From contig NC_068992.1 of NCBI RefSeq assembly GCF_001194135.2, positions 54,465,780-54,504,213 on the forward strand: 38,434 nucleotides of DNA. Direction: 5' to 3'. The translations under genes and the position numbers were made by a program. How positions within the stretch are numbered: the first letter of the stretch is position 1; each line of letters begins with the position of its first letter. Positions 24,459-36,654 of the stretch are shown here, one piece after another. The notes below the pieces were generated by a model, which ran no database searches, was not told the DNA's origin, and was given only the letters and a program-made list of their open reading frames with translations. The DNA is from Octopus bimaculoides (lineage: Eukaryota).

Positions 24459-24684
24459 GAACTGGCAGAAACGTTAGCACGCCGGGCGAAATGCTTAGCG
24501 GTATTTCGTCTGCCGCTACGTTCTGAGTTCAAATTCCGCCTAGGTCGACTTTGCCTTTCATCCTTTCGGGGTCGATCAAATAAGTACCAGTTACACACTG
24601 GGGTCGGTATAATCGACTTAATCCGTTTGTCTGTCCTTGTTTGTCCCCTCTGTGTGTAGCCCCTTGTGGATAGTAAAGAAATAA
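24459..24684 (+). mobile_element. SINE family B, near full length, well preserved
   Basis: ACTGGCAGAAACGTTAGCACGCCGGGCGAAATGCTTAGCGG...GAGTTCAAATTCCGCC...GGTCGACTTTGCCTTTCATCCTTTCGGGGTCGAT. Confidence 0.92.
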
Positions 24685-24689
24685 CACAT

Positions 24690-24692
24690 GTA

Positions 24693-24778
<86 letters not shown>
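24690..24778. repeat. (TA)n microsatellite
   Basis: Visible directly. Confidence 0.95.
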
Positions 24779-24780
<2 letters not shown>

Positions 24781-24789
24781 CATACAAGA

Positions 24790-25106
24790 GTTACGGAATG
24801 GGGTAGATAAAATCTGGGCTACATATGTTTCATAGCGAGCGGAACCTCAGTAGTGGTAAATATCCAGGCAACTCTTCAGGTGAAAGATATCTTGATTAAA
24901 TGAAAGTTTACATTGTCGTATTCTGATTGAATCTTCCATGCAATAGCATGTAACTTCTTGCGACAATGTAAACTTTTATTTAATCAAGATATCCCTGACT
25001 TTAAGAGTAGCCTGCGGTATACACCTCACTTGGATATTTACGACTTTAGTGCTCCGCTTGCTATAAAACATATGTAACCCGAACCTTATCTACTCCATTC
25101 CGTAAC
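24790..25106. mobile_element. Fold-back (MITE-like) palindromic element, about 317 bp
   Basis: The arms align as inverted repeats from GTTACGGAATGGGGTAGATAA / TTATCTACTCCATTCCGTAAC inward to a 33-bp stem (24886-24918 vs 24961-24993, one mismatch). Spacer 42 nt; no TSD recognised. Confidence 0.8.
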
Positions 25107-25887
25107 CCGGAATTTTTTAGTTGCGCCATATAATGTGAAATTAAGAGTATAACGCATGTTTATTAGAAGGCGTTATGGTTTTTGTACTCAATCGTAAGTT
25201 TAGGTCACGGTGAGTCGCAGCACACTGGTTCCCTTCTGTCACTGAGTGAAGATCTGAAAGAGAAAGATTATATTTTGTTTAAGCTTCCCATAGAGAAAAT
25301 TGCTATTAGATTGGTCAGGTGCTTTGCATCAAGTTTTTTGGCGTTTTTGTAGGACAAGTGCATTAAACTTACCTTAGTTTTTTCTAAAAGACGTTGTTTG
25401 TGCATAAAATATTTGTTAGTCATTTAATCACGACGCTGGGTAATGCACGATATACAACATAGTGATGCCACTTCAAGTATGCCATATTTTTTAAGGTTAG
25501 AAAACCCCAGGATTTACTGTGTTCTGTTTCCCCAGTTAGAGAAAATTCAAACATTTCTATATAAGCAAATACACAGCGTCTTACCAAAGCTCATTGAAAA
25601 GAGAGCAACAGCTTTAATGGCGCTCAACTAACAATTTTCTGTCTACACGACAAAATATTCTGATTCCCAAGGCAACAACCTCGGTGGCGTCTGACTATAA
25701 ATTCTGTGGACATGACAAAACAGTCTGATTCTTTGAAATTAAATTCGATTCCTTTTAATTAAAAATTATCCAGTCAATTAATTTTATATATATTTTACAA
25801 GGAAACTAAAAGAACATTTGAATTTTACTTTTCAACCATTTTCTTTTTATTTTTTCAAATTGCTTTTGAAACTGACTGCTTGAATGT

Positions 25888-25920
<33 letters not shown>

Positions 25921-26757
25921 NNNNNNNNNNNNNNNNNNNNNNNNNNNNNNNNNNNNNNNNNNNNNNNNNNNNNNNNNNNNNNNNNNNNNNNNNNNNNNNN
26001 NNNNNNNNNNNNNNNNNNNNNNNNNNNNNNNNNNNNNNNNNNNNNNNNNNNNNNNNNNNNNNNNNNNNNNNNNNNNNNNNNNNNNNNNNNNNNNNNNNNN
26101 NNNNNNNNNNNNNNNNNNNNNNNNNNNNNNNNNNNNNNNNNNNNNNNNNNNNNNNNNNNNNNNNNNNNNNNNNNNNNNNNNNNNNNNNNNNNNNNNNNNN
26201 NNNNNNNNNNNNNNNNNNNNNNNNNNNNNNNNNNNNNNNNNNNNNNNNNNNNNNNNNNNNNNNNNNNNNNNNNNNNNNNNNNNNNNNNNNNNNNNNNNNN
26301 NNNNNNNNNNNNNNNNNNNNNNNNNNNNNNNNNNNNNNNNNNNNNNNNNNNNNNNNNNNNNNNNNNNNNNNNNNNNNNNNNNNNNNNNNNNNNNNNNNNN
26401 NNNNNNNNNNNNNNNNNNNNNNNNNNNNNNNNNNNNNNNNNNNNNNNNNNNNNNNNNNNNNNNNNNNNNNNNNNNNNNNNNNNNNNNNNNNNNNNNNNNN
26501 NNNNNNNNNNNNNNNNNNNNNNNNNNNNNNNNNNNNNNNNNNNNNNNNNNNNNNNNNNNNNNNNNNNNNNNNNNNNNNNNNNNNNNNNNNNNNNNNNNNN
26601 NNNNNNNNNNNNNNNNNNNNNNNNNNNNNNNNNNNNNNNNNNNNNNNNNNNNNNNNNNNNNNNNNNNNNNNNNNNNNNNNNNNNNNNNNNNNNNNNNNNN
26701 NNNNNNNNNNNNNNNNNNNNNNNNNNNNNNNNNNNNNNNNNNNNNNNNNNNNNNNNN

Positions 26758-26790
<33 letters not shown>

Positions 26791-27127
26791 AGCAAGAATG
26801 TTATTACATTTATGAATAAACGGGATTAAAAACCAATAAAGTTGCTAAGCTCTGTTACGGGAATTAAGACATGCACCGCCAATTTCCTGATCCTGAGTAA
26901 ACGTGCAACCAGTTATGACGCATTATGATTCCTTCTTTAAAACAAATATGCTGTGATATCTATATTTTTTAGGAAAAAAAAACACAAGAACAAAACTGCT
27001 ACTTTTTAATAAGATGCCAAAATAAATTATGTATCTATAAATGTGGATCAAGTAATTCGAAAGGTCTGCCGACCCAAAATGTTTATTTTTGCATATTTGC
27101 ACAAGTTATTAGATATTTCCTTTCTAG

Positions 27128-27289
27128 GCAATTATGTGAGATAATTCTACACATGTTTCAGCATTATTCTGACTTCTCTGAATCACTAACAAATTTTATG
27201 TGTTTACTTAATGCTTTGACAAGTTTAGGTAGAGTATGCATCGGCGAAGAGGACATAGCAGAACCGGATCATAACCAGAGTTGTCTCAT
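27128..27289 (+). CDS. Candidate 162-nt internal exon (QLCEIILHMFQHYSDFSESLTNFMCLLNALTSLGRVCIGEEDIAEPDHNQSCL), product unknown
   Basis: Acceptor ATTTCCTTTCTAG, 53 open codons, donor AT|GTACGT. Alternative donors at 27229 and 27234. No homology recognised. Confidence 0.35.
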
Positions 27290-27292
27290 GTA

Positions 27293-28938
27293 CGTAGGTG
27301 GGTTGGAAAGTTCATAGGCTAACTAAGAAGGAGTGACACCAGAGCTGTGAAATCTTGCAATCATTAATTTCAGCTCTTCTTATTAATAACTTTATTGTTT
27401 CGTGCCAGGTAAAATGAGATCCAGCTGTTCAAAGAAAACTTCACATGTAGCTAGTTGCGATTTCTCTTGCAAATGGACAAAAATTGGTATTGTGGTATTA
27501 TCAAGTACCGGCAGAAAAAAGGTTTCGTCCCCAACGACAATTATGCAAACACGGTTGCTACATTAGGTGATGATGCTCCAGTTTTATCAACAGTGCAAAA
27601 GTTAGCAGCTGAATTTAGGAGGGGAAAGGAGAGTCTTGAAGATGAACCGAGGTCAGGACGTCCTGTAGCTGCCATCACCGAGGAAGGCATTGATCGTATT
27701 GACCACATGGTGATGGACGAACAGCGATTGAACTATATTAATCAAATAGCCAATGTTATTAGAATATCTCATGTGGGAATTGAGAATATTTTGCGCAGAG
27801 AGGCTGTGTAGTAAGTAGCTTCCTTACGAACCACATGGTTCCGGGTTCAGTCCCACTGCGTGGCACCTTGGGTAAGTGTCTTCTACTATAGCCTCGGGTC
27901 GACCAAAGCCTTGTGAGTGGATTTGGTAGACGGAAACTGAAAGAAGCCCGTCGTATATATGTATAAATGTATATGTATGTGTGTGTATATGTTCGTGTGT
28001 CTGTGTTTGTCCCTCCAACATCGCTTGACAACCGATGCTGGTGTGTTTACCTCCCCGTAACTTAGCGGTTCGGCAAAAGAGACCGATAGAATAAGTACTA
28101 GGCTTACAAAGAATAAGTGCTGGGATCGATTTGCTCGACTAAAGGCGGTGCTCCAGCATGGCCACAGTCAAATGACTGAAACAAGTAAAAGAGTAAAAGA
28201 GTAAAAGAGTAAAAGGATGAATATGGCATGACGATCACATCATGGGAAAAATCTAATATTGTTTGAGACAGATCCAGCTGGTTTCCTTGAACGTTTCGTG
28301 ATCCAGGATGTGTGCTAGTTTCATCACTTTGAGCCAGATACAAAGAGACAACCCATGCAATGGAAACATCCCTCCTTACCTGCTCCAAAGGTCGTTTCAT
28401 AGCAAGGAACTTGATGGCCTCGTAGGGATGCAAAAGACATTGCGTTTATTGACTATTTTCAAAAGGGTCACACCATCAATGGAGAGTACTATTCCAACTT
28501 GCTGCGGCCCTTACAAAAGGCTATGAAGACCAAACACCCAGGAAAACTGACGAAAGGGGTTTTGTTTTATCAGAATAACGCTCCATCACACAAACCCTTA
28601 CTTTCAACTGCTGCTGCGCGTGGCTGTGGCTTTGAACTGGTTGATCCCCCTCCCTTGTCTACTGATTTGGCCCCATCTGACTATCATCTATTTCCCAATA
28701 TGAAAAAGACACGTTGACAGGAACGAGTGTTGCAGTGATGATGACGTCATATCTGATGCTGATGACCTTTTCGACCAATGGGATGAAAGTTTCATCAGCG
28801 ATGGGATCGAAGTACAGCAACACCGATGGGGAAATTGTGTAAAACCGCAAGGGGAACTAAGTTGAAAAGTAAACCTTATTTGGTCACATTCCCTCAAAAG
28901 TATCTTGGTCAACCTATGAACTTTTCAACCAACCCACG
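27293..28938 (+). mobile_element. Full-length degraded mariner element interrupted by a SINE
   Basis: TA flanks at 27291-92 and 28939-40; 31-bp TIRs match at 26/31. Transposase pieces include EFRRGKESLEDEPRSGRP, HFEPDTKRQPMQW, GVLFYQNNAPSH and DLAPSDYHLFPNMKK. About 1.22 kb without the SINE. Confidence 0.93.
27793..28215 (+). mobile_element. SINE family A, full length, nested in mariner transposase
   Basis: GGCTGTGTAGTAAG (A-box-like), GGTTCAGTCCC (B-box-like), family A core, tail of 8-nt GTAAAAGA repeats. Confidence 0.93.
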
Positions 28939-29004
28939 TACTTTTCTACTTTTCCGAAAAATAAAAAAAAAATCAGTCATTGATTAATATTATTTTGTAT
29001 TGTG

Positions 29005-29010
<6 letters not shown>

Positions 29011-29059
<49 letters not shown>

Positions 29060-29412
29060 NNNNNNNNNNNNNNNNNNNNNNNNNNNNNNNNNNNNNNNNN
29101 NNNNNNNNNNNNNNNNNNNNNNNNNNNNNNNNNNNNNNNNNNNNNNNNNNNNNNNNNNNNNNNNNNNNNNNNNNNNNNNNNNNNNNNNNNNNNNNNNNNN
29201 NNNNNNNNNNNNNNNNNNNNNNNNNNNNNNNNNNNNNNNNNNNNNNNNNNNNNNNNNNNNNNNNNNNNNNNNNNNNNNNNNNNNNNNNNNNNNNNNNNNN
29301 NNNNNNNNNNNNNNNNNNNNNNNNNNNNNNNNNNNNNNNNNNNNNNNNNNNNNNNNNNNNNNNNNNNNNNNNNNNNNNNNNNNNNNNNNNNNNNNNNNNN
29401 NNNNNNNNNNNN

Positions 29413-29467
<55 letters not shown>
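29011..29467. repeat. (CT)n spanning gap 29060-29412
   Basis: Visible directly. Confidence 0.95.
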
Positions 29468-29469
<2 letters not shown>

Positions 29470-30234
29470 CACATTTATATGTGTTTGTGTGTTTATATAC
29501 GTGCGTGAATGTGTTAGATGAGTATTTTTCTGTCTGTTCGTCCCTCATCATATTACTAAAATATCTGGGAAAATATCTGGGGTTTTTACCATGATAATTG
29601 AAAAACGGAGAATAACGTTTTTCAACGAAGAGTAACTATTTCAACTAAAATTATATGATTTTTATATTTTATTATTCGTCTTGGCCAACATATATTAATA
29701 TAATTTACTAAGAAATCAATATGTTTTAGTTTATTCAATGTTGACACATTTGCAAAATCACTTCAAATTTTTTTCTTCTTTTAATTCGTTTCTGTTTCCG
29801 ACATCTGTCTTCAAACTGAAAATCATTTAAATTTATGTTGAAATAGTCTTTCCAACAACACAGAAACATGTACACATATAAACATATGCATTCATGTATG
29901 TGTGTACGTGTATACGTTTGTACGAGTCTATGTATGAGTGTGCGTGTGTATTCAAGTGTATGCATACACACACCTCGCCATTGAATTACCATGGTGACAA
30001 AAAAATTAACAGATTGAGATGAGAGCATTGAATTAGAAAAGCGAAACGGAGACTTATATAAATGACAAGAACAGAAAAACACATTTTGAAAAGATAAAAT
30101 GGAAGGTGGATATACTGGGAAATACCATCAGCTTTATAGTGTATTGTGTATACCGTATTATTGGAGTAGTAGCTATTTTAGAGACGTCCGGCACACGAAA
30201 GGTGTGACTGATATCAGCAAGATTTGAAGACATA

Positions 30235-30408
30235 GGTGCAGGCGTGGCTGCGTGGTAAGAAGACAGTTTCCTAACCACATGGTTCCGAGTTCAGTCCCAC
30301 TGCATGGCATCTTGGGCAAGTGTCTTTTACTATAGCTCCGGGCCGACCAAAACCTTGTGAAACGATTTGGTAGACGGTAACTGAAAGAAGCCCATTCGGT
30401 ATACATAC

Positions 30409-30497
<89 letters not shown>

Positions 30498-30622
30498 AGT
30501 GTGTGTGTGTGTCTTTATGCCTATGATTGCCCCACGACCACAGCGTCACAACCGGTGTTAGTGTGTTTACGTCCTTGTAAGTTAGCCATTTGGCAAAATA
30601 TACTGATAGAGTAAGTACCGAG
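30235..30622 (+). mobile_element. SINE family A with expanded internal (CATA)n(TA)n; 3' tip missing
   Basis: GGTGCAGGCGTGGCTGCGTGGTAAG...GAGTTCAGTCCCAC...GGTAGACGGTAACTGAAAGAAGCCC, then microsatellite, then ACAACCGGTGTTAGTGTGTTTACGTCC. Confidence 0.88.
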
Positions 30623-30743
30623 GCATGTTTGTTGAATGCTTTCCTTGTTGTGCTAGCTATGGTTCTATGTACGTATGAATGTAGGCATTTATACATGTTT
30701 GCATGCATGTCTGCTTTATGTGTGTATGTACGCATACGTCTAT

Positions 30744-30791
<48 letters not shown>

Positions 30792-30899
30792 GTAGGTAGA
30801 AATTGTTTCAGCTTTAAAGTTGTAGCCATGCTGGGGCACCACCTTTGGCTGTGCTACACCATTATTTGAAACTTCCTCTGATATGTAGTATTTGTTGAA

Positions 30900-31164
30900 T
30901 GAGGGAGCTTGATGCTGCTGCCCTCATCCGTGTTTCCTGTCGGGAGGTAAGCTCATCTGGAACCCAGTTTTGTTTTGAAGATACCTACATCCACACCATG
31001 CAGGTTTCTCAGGCATTTTGGAAGAGTATTGAAGAGCTGTGGGCTCTTGAAACCCAAGCGGTTGCAATATCTGGTCTTGTATTTTGATGGTAACGCTGGG
31101 ATATTTGGCACTATGCAGTGGCGCCCCGTTTTCCTGTTTGCGTAACTTTCAATGCCAAAGTTTG
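30900..31164 (-). mobile_element. Non-LTR retrotransposon (CR1/L2-group) ORF2 3' end
   Basis: NFGIESYANRKTGRHCIVP...YKTRYCNRLGFKSPQLFNTLPKCLRNLHGVDVGIFKTKL resembles the G..LFN.LP..LR....FK..L terminus of CR1/L2-type ORF2. Confidence 0.8.
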
Positions 31165-31816
31165 CATGCATATGCATCTGTAGTATGTATGCATTCATAC
31201 TATGGGCATTAGTATATATATATATATATATATATATNNNNNNNNNNNNNNNNNNNNNNNNNNNNNNNNNNNNNNNNNNNNNNNNNNNNNNNNNNNNNNN
31301 NNNNNNNNNNNNNNNNNNNNNNNNNNNNNNNNNNNNNNNNNNNNNNNNNNNNNNNNNNNNNNNNNNNNNNNNNNNNNNNNNNTATCTACTGGTGCTGCCG
31401 CTAATCCCTGAGTTCAACTTTTTTTCTTTATACAAGTCTCCTCTCTTCATCTGCAAGGAAACGGCTCCGTCAAGAATTAGTGGTTAAAGATAAAATAATC
31501 AAAACCAGCTTTACAGTCGACGCCAACGCTGATGTTAGTATCGTACCGACTTCTTTTTTCACCCCTTTTTTTCCTCTTTTTTCCTTTTACTGCAAGTTTT
31601 ATGTCCAGAAAGACTTAGATATAAAACTATCAGCATATCCCCCAAAAAAAAGATCATGCATGAGAATGTTTTCCGAAGAATCGAAAATGACACAGATATC
31701 GACATAAGGAGCAGCGTTTGTTAGCCTTGTGGTTCCTACATTTCATCACACCTCCAAGGTTATGCTTTTTTGCAATACAGGAGCAAGAGAGCGCTACACT
31801 ATACCTTATAAATAAT

Positions 31817-32034
31817 GGGGCGAGCTGGCAGAAACGTTAGCACCCTGGGCGAAATGCTTGGTGGTATTTCATCTGCCGCTACGTTCTGAGTTCAAATTCC
31901 GCCGAGGAGGTCGACTTTGCCTTTCATCCTTTTGAGATCGATAAATTAAGTAACAGTTGTGTACTGAGGCCGATCTAATAGACTAGACCCCTCTCCAAAA
32001 ATTTCGAGCGTTGTGCCTAGAGTAGAAAAGAATA
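31817..32034 (+). mobile_element. SINE family B, full length
   Basis: GGGGCGAGCTGGCAGAAACGTTAGCAC...GAGTTCAAATTCCGCCGAGG...TTGTGCCTAGAGTAGAAAAGAATA. Confidence 0.92.
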
Positions 32035-32054
32035 TACCTTATTAATAAAGCCAG

Positions 32055-32570
32055 CGAAGTCATAGAAACTTCAATATGTAACCGAATATTATCGATTATG
32101 TCACATTTATGTGGAAGACTTTACACATGACCAGTAGCGTGACGTTGACGCTAAAACAATATACAATGCTACCGGAAAGTAAAACTGTCTTATTATTGAA
32201 TATATGCATAAACATCAGTACAAGGAATATTGGTGGAATATTCCCGTCAAAAATTTTAATAAATGCGAATATAAAAGGCCGGATATCGTCGTCTGAGACA
32301 TACAAGAAAATATATGTACCGTCATGGAATTCAGTTGCTCTGCTAATGTGAATATCTCTTCAAAAATCAAATCGAAAGAGGGTAACTACGGTCAGCTGTT
32401 TCGAAACCTTACATTTATACCAATAATAAAGGGGTACATGTCAAAGTAGCAATCTAGAAAAGCTAGGATTTTCAGAAGAAAAAAAACCTACCAGCTAACA
32501 CGCACTCTACAGATACAATTTCCGAGCGAAACATTCAAAATTCGCAAGTCTTTCCCAAGTTCAAAATGTG
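32055..32570 (+). mobile_element. R2/R4(Dong)-group non-LTR retrotransposon, restriction-like endonuclease remnant
   Basis: RDVDAKTIYNA (for RHD.V...I), YKEYWWNIPVK, KRPDIVV*DIQENICTVMEFSC...KIKSKEGNYGQL (PD..E..K RLE motif), FIPII, NLEKLGFSEE. Confidence 0.8.
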
Positions 32571-32845
32571 ACATTGTTGTTTTTTTTTGTGGGGGGGGGG
32601 TATCTATGCTCCAAAAATGGAGCTTTATATCTTTATTAGAAACGAACTCTTTCTTTACAGGAAACTTGAAAATTAAAAGTAGAAGATAACATTCGTACGT
32701 GCATGCATACATACCAGTATGCATATATACACAGACATGCAGGAGGTAAATAGACACCTTTAATTTTCAAAATTTCTAATCTAAGCGTTTTAATATGTTT
32801 TCAGCGGTGTAGAATTTACAATGTAATTATTGTTTTTCATTCCAG

Positions 32846-32922
32846 GTGGCATTATATTAAACATTTCCGAAGAGTAGCCATGCTACGCACAAAAAATTCA
32901 GCAGAACTATCAGATTTCCACA
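32846..32922 (+). CDS. Candidate internal exon (WHYIKHFRRVAMLRTKNSAELSDFH), product unknown
   Basis: Strong acceptor TGTTTTTCATTCCAG and donor CACA|GTGAGG. Phase-2 start is compatible with the exon at 27128-27289. Confidence 0.35.
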
Positions 32923-32989
32923 GTGAGGCTGGTCTTAGCAAGCGAAAATTTGCCGAAAAGATTTGCCCTTTTTATAACTATACCACATG

Positions 32990-33018
32990 TTACGTATATG
33001 TATTTAGATATGTATATG

Positions 33019-33068
<50 letters not shown>

Positions 33069-33400
33069 GCCATATTCACGCACATATATAGATGTGTTTA
33101 TATAAATATATTTACATTTGTGTGTGTGTGTATACATATATATATACACACACACACTGTTACATATATGTGTGTATGTGTATTTATGGATGTTTGCATG
33201 TTTTTGTTTTATTTTGTGTGCTTACACATGTATGACTTTTGAGTTTATGCTTGTGTATATGTGTATGCGTGTTTTTATTTATGTGTCCACATGTGTCAAT
33301 ACACGTGTTAGTGTGCGTGTGTGTTTCAGTATGAGAGAGCGCGTGGCGTGCATCCGTACGTGAGTACACATGTCAATGTATGAATGTAAGTTTACGTGTG

Positions 33401-33456
<56 letters not shown>

Positions 33457-33480
33457 TGTATGTATGTATGTATACGTGTA
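32990..33480. repeat. TA/TG low-complexity tracts
   Basis: Visible directly. Confidence 0.9.
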
Positions 33481-33889
33481 TCCGTATCGAGATGCGAACG
33501 GATAATGAATAAGGACATGTAAGCTTCGCGCAGTTTCTAAAAAGGAAGTGAATCTAATAAAACAATGGCAGAAATCTTATCCTCTGATTCTTGCTTGCCT
33601 CCTATGACAGTTCGTCTAGTATATAATTAACTGCAGTTGTCAATGATGATCTGTTTGCAAATTGCAGTTTATTGTGACTGCCATTGTTATTACTGTTGTT
33701 GTTGCTGTTGTTGTTTTTAATAGTGTTGTCTTTATTGGTCGTGTTTTACGACGGTTTTGGATGTTTTCCTTGTTTTTCTTTTTCTTTCAATGTTTGTTTT
33801 TGTCTTATTTGTTTCACTTGCTCCTACGCTGCCAGTAATGTTGTGATGAATACGTAGACACTAACAAATGAATAAGCCATACACGTGTG

Positions 33890-33892
<3 letters not shown>

Positions 33893-33922
<30 letters not shown>

Positions 33923-34472
33923 NNNNNNNNNNNNNNNNNNNNNNNNNNNNNNNNNNNNNNNNNNNNNNNNNNNNNNNNNNNNNNNNNNNNNNNNNNNNNN
34001 NNNNNNNNNNNNNNNNNNNNNNNNNNNNNNNNNNNNNNNNNNNNNNNNNNNNNNNNNNNNNNNNNNNNNNNNNNNNNNNNNNNNNNNNNNNNNNNNNNNN
34101 NNNNNNNNNNNNNNNNNNNNNNNNNNNNNNNNNNNNNNNNNNNNNNNNNNNNNNNNNNNNNNNNNNNNNNNNNNNNNNNNNNNNNNNNNNNNNNNNNNNN
34201 NNNNNNNNNNNNNNNNNNNNNNNNNNNNNNNNNNNNNNNNNNNNNNNNNNNNNNNNNNNNNNNNNNNNNNNNNNNNNNNNNNNNNNNNNNNNNNNNNNNN
34301 NNNNNNNNNNNNNNNNNNNNNNNNNNNNNNNNNNNNNNNNNNNNNNNNACATATATATATGTGTATATATGTATATATATATATATGTATGTATATATAT
34401 ATGTATATATGTATATATGTATGTATGTATATATGCATATATACATACATATGCATATATACATACATATGC

Positions 34473-34522
<50 letters not shown>

Positions 34523-34530
34523 ATGTGTAT
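33893..34530. repeat. (TA)n/(TATG)n around gap 33923-34348
   Basis: Visible directly. Confidence 0.9.
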
Positions 34531-35795
34531 TGTATATTTTTGTGAGAGTGTGTATTTCCATTGTCTGTATGTATATAAAAAGATTTGGTTGTTCTCTCGT
34601 TGTGTTGAGTCTTAAGAGAAGACATGAACACAGCTAGATTAATTAATGATATGCTGTAGTTGATTAGATGAAATAAGTATCATTTTTGTACGGCCTCCAG
34701 CCGAGCTAACTTCAATCTTATTACTTCCTTGCTGACATGAATGCTAATTAAAAAATACGAAACTAAAATAATATATATATATTAATAATTGTTTTGCTGA
34801 TGTAGTTGTTTGTTCTTGTTTTTCTCGTACGTAAATATATAAAAAAAAAATAATAAGACGACAACTTTGTGTTGTTTAAAGAGAATGAATGAATAGAAGT
34901 ATGTCACGTCAGTTTCATGCTTGTCTCGGGGACATTTGTGACGTATGTGAAGTGAAAGAGCAACAAGCAATTGAATCCAGTATAATTTGCATAATTACAA
35001 AATGTGCGATAAAGGAAATAAGTCCAGTGGGCTTGAATTTAAATAGTAGCTGGCAATGTACTGAATGACGTACATACATATGCAAAAATATTAAGGCACA
35101 ATTCGATTCTTTAAAATATTGAACATGCATCATTCGGTACATCATCCCCCGCTTGAGAAACACAAATGTACATTTGAGTTATTTCCCTTTAGTACACGTT
35201 GATGTAACTATGCGAATCATATTAAATGAAATTATGCTAAACACATTGTCTACTTGCAAAAATCTATATTTACAAAACACAACAGATTTGACCAGTCTAC
35301 GCTTCGCTAATGAGATCTAATAAGATGGAAACATGCCGATAGCTGTCACCTTCCCTGCTATCAAATATCATGTTACGGAGTGGCAGCGCTAAGCAGTGAT
35401 GTACGTAAATACAAGTTTATTTCCAGTTCGAATATCTCACAAAACAAATGGCTTTCGTGCGGGTTCGAATGAGCTCCAAGCATGTTTGAACTGTAAATAA
35501 CATTGTAAAGAACATGTTTTCCTCCTTAAGCACGCAAATAAAATTTTCCGTGAAATTAATTCTCAAGTTTTTGAAATTATCTCTTTTTTTTTTTTTTTTG
35601 CATGTCACTGTTGTTGCTGCGTGTATTTTTGACTCTAAAATTTTGTCGTAGTTTTCTACAACTAATGTAAATAAAACTTCTTTCACTCTAAAGTCGCAAA
35701 CTACCTTAAATTTTCATCACATTTTTGTTTTTATTTTTATTTTTTTTGCCATTTGCACTCTTGAATTATTTCCCTTATCCCATTTTACCTTTTGT

Positions 35796-35873
<78 letters not shown>

Positions 35874-35917
35874 TGAAAAGCTGCAGCAGCCATAACAGTA
35901 ATTGCAGCAGCAGCACC

Positions 35918-35950
<33 letters not shown>
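35796..35950. repeat. (GTA)n arrays split by a (GCA)n-like spacer
   Basis: Visible directly. Confidence 0.95.
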
Positions 35951-35952
<2 letters not shown>

Positions 35953-36329
35953 CGGTGATGTCTAATTCGCAATACAAATCATTGACATCCGTTCCACAAA
36001 GAGAAAGAAAGTCTGCTTCGGCTTAAGTGTGTTTCCAGTTCTTTGTAGAAATTAATATCTCCTTAGTTACCTGCCTCGCTTTTTTTAACCTCTCTATTTC
36101 TGTTTTTAGAGGATTTTTTCTCATCTTTTATTGGTTTCAAATATTGGCACAAGGCCAGTAGTTTCTCATACTTTATTATGTATTCTTTCCCTCTAATTTT
36201 TTAAACTTTTCAATCTACCTCCTATCAATACGTACCTGTACATATTTTTCACTGTCTATCAATTCATCTGTCTTTCTATCTATCAACGTATCTATCTACT
36301 TGTCTGCCTCTGTTTATCTATGTCACACT

Positions 36330-36330
36330 G

Positions 36331-36428
<98 letters not shown>

Positions 36429-36570
36429 TGTATATANNNNNNNNNNNNNNNNNNNNNNNNNNNNNNNNNNNNNNNNNNNNNNNNNNNNNNNNNNNNNNNN
36501 NNNNNNNNNNNNNNNNNNNNNNNNNNNNNNNNNNNNNNNNNNNNNNNNNNNNNNNNNNNNNNNNNNNNNN

Positions 36571-36652
<82 letters not shown>
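36330..36652. repeat. (CTAT)n(TA)n, gap, (TA)n(TG)n
   Basis: Visible directly. Confidence 0.95.

Positions 36653-36654
<2 letters not shown>

Noticed and set aside
25534-25631. LEKIQTFLYKQIHSVLPKLIEKRATALMALN* after a CCCCAG acceptor
   Set aside because: No homology, and a stop here would interrupt the plus-strand exon chain.
31597-31720. Strong polypyrimidine acceptor followed by LCPERLRYKTISISPKKKIMHENVFRRIENDTDIDIRSS
   Set aside because: Only weak donors, and none in phase with the 32846 candidate; it remains possible but unsupported.
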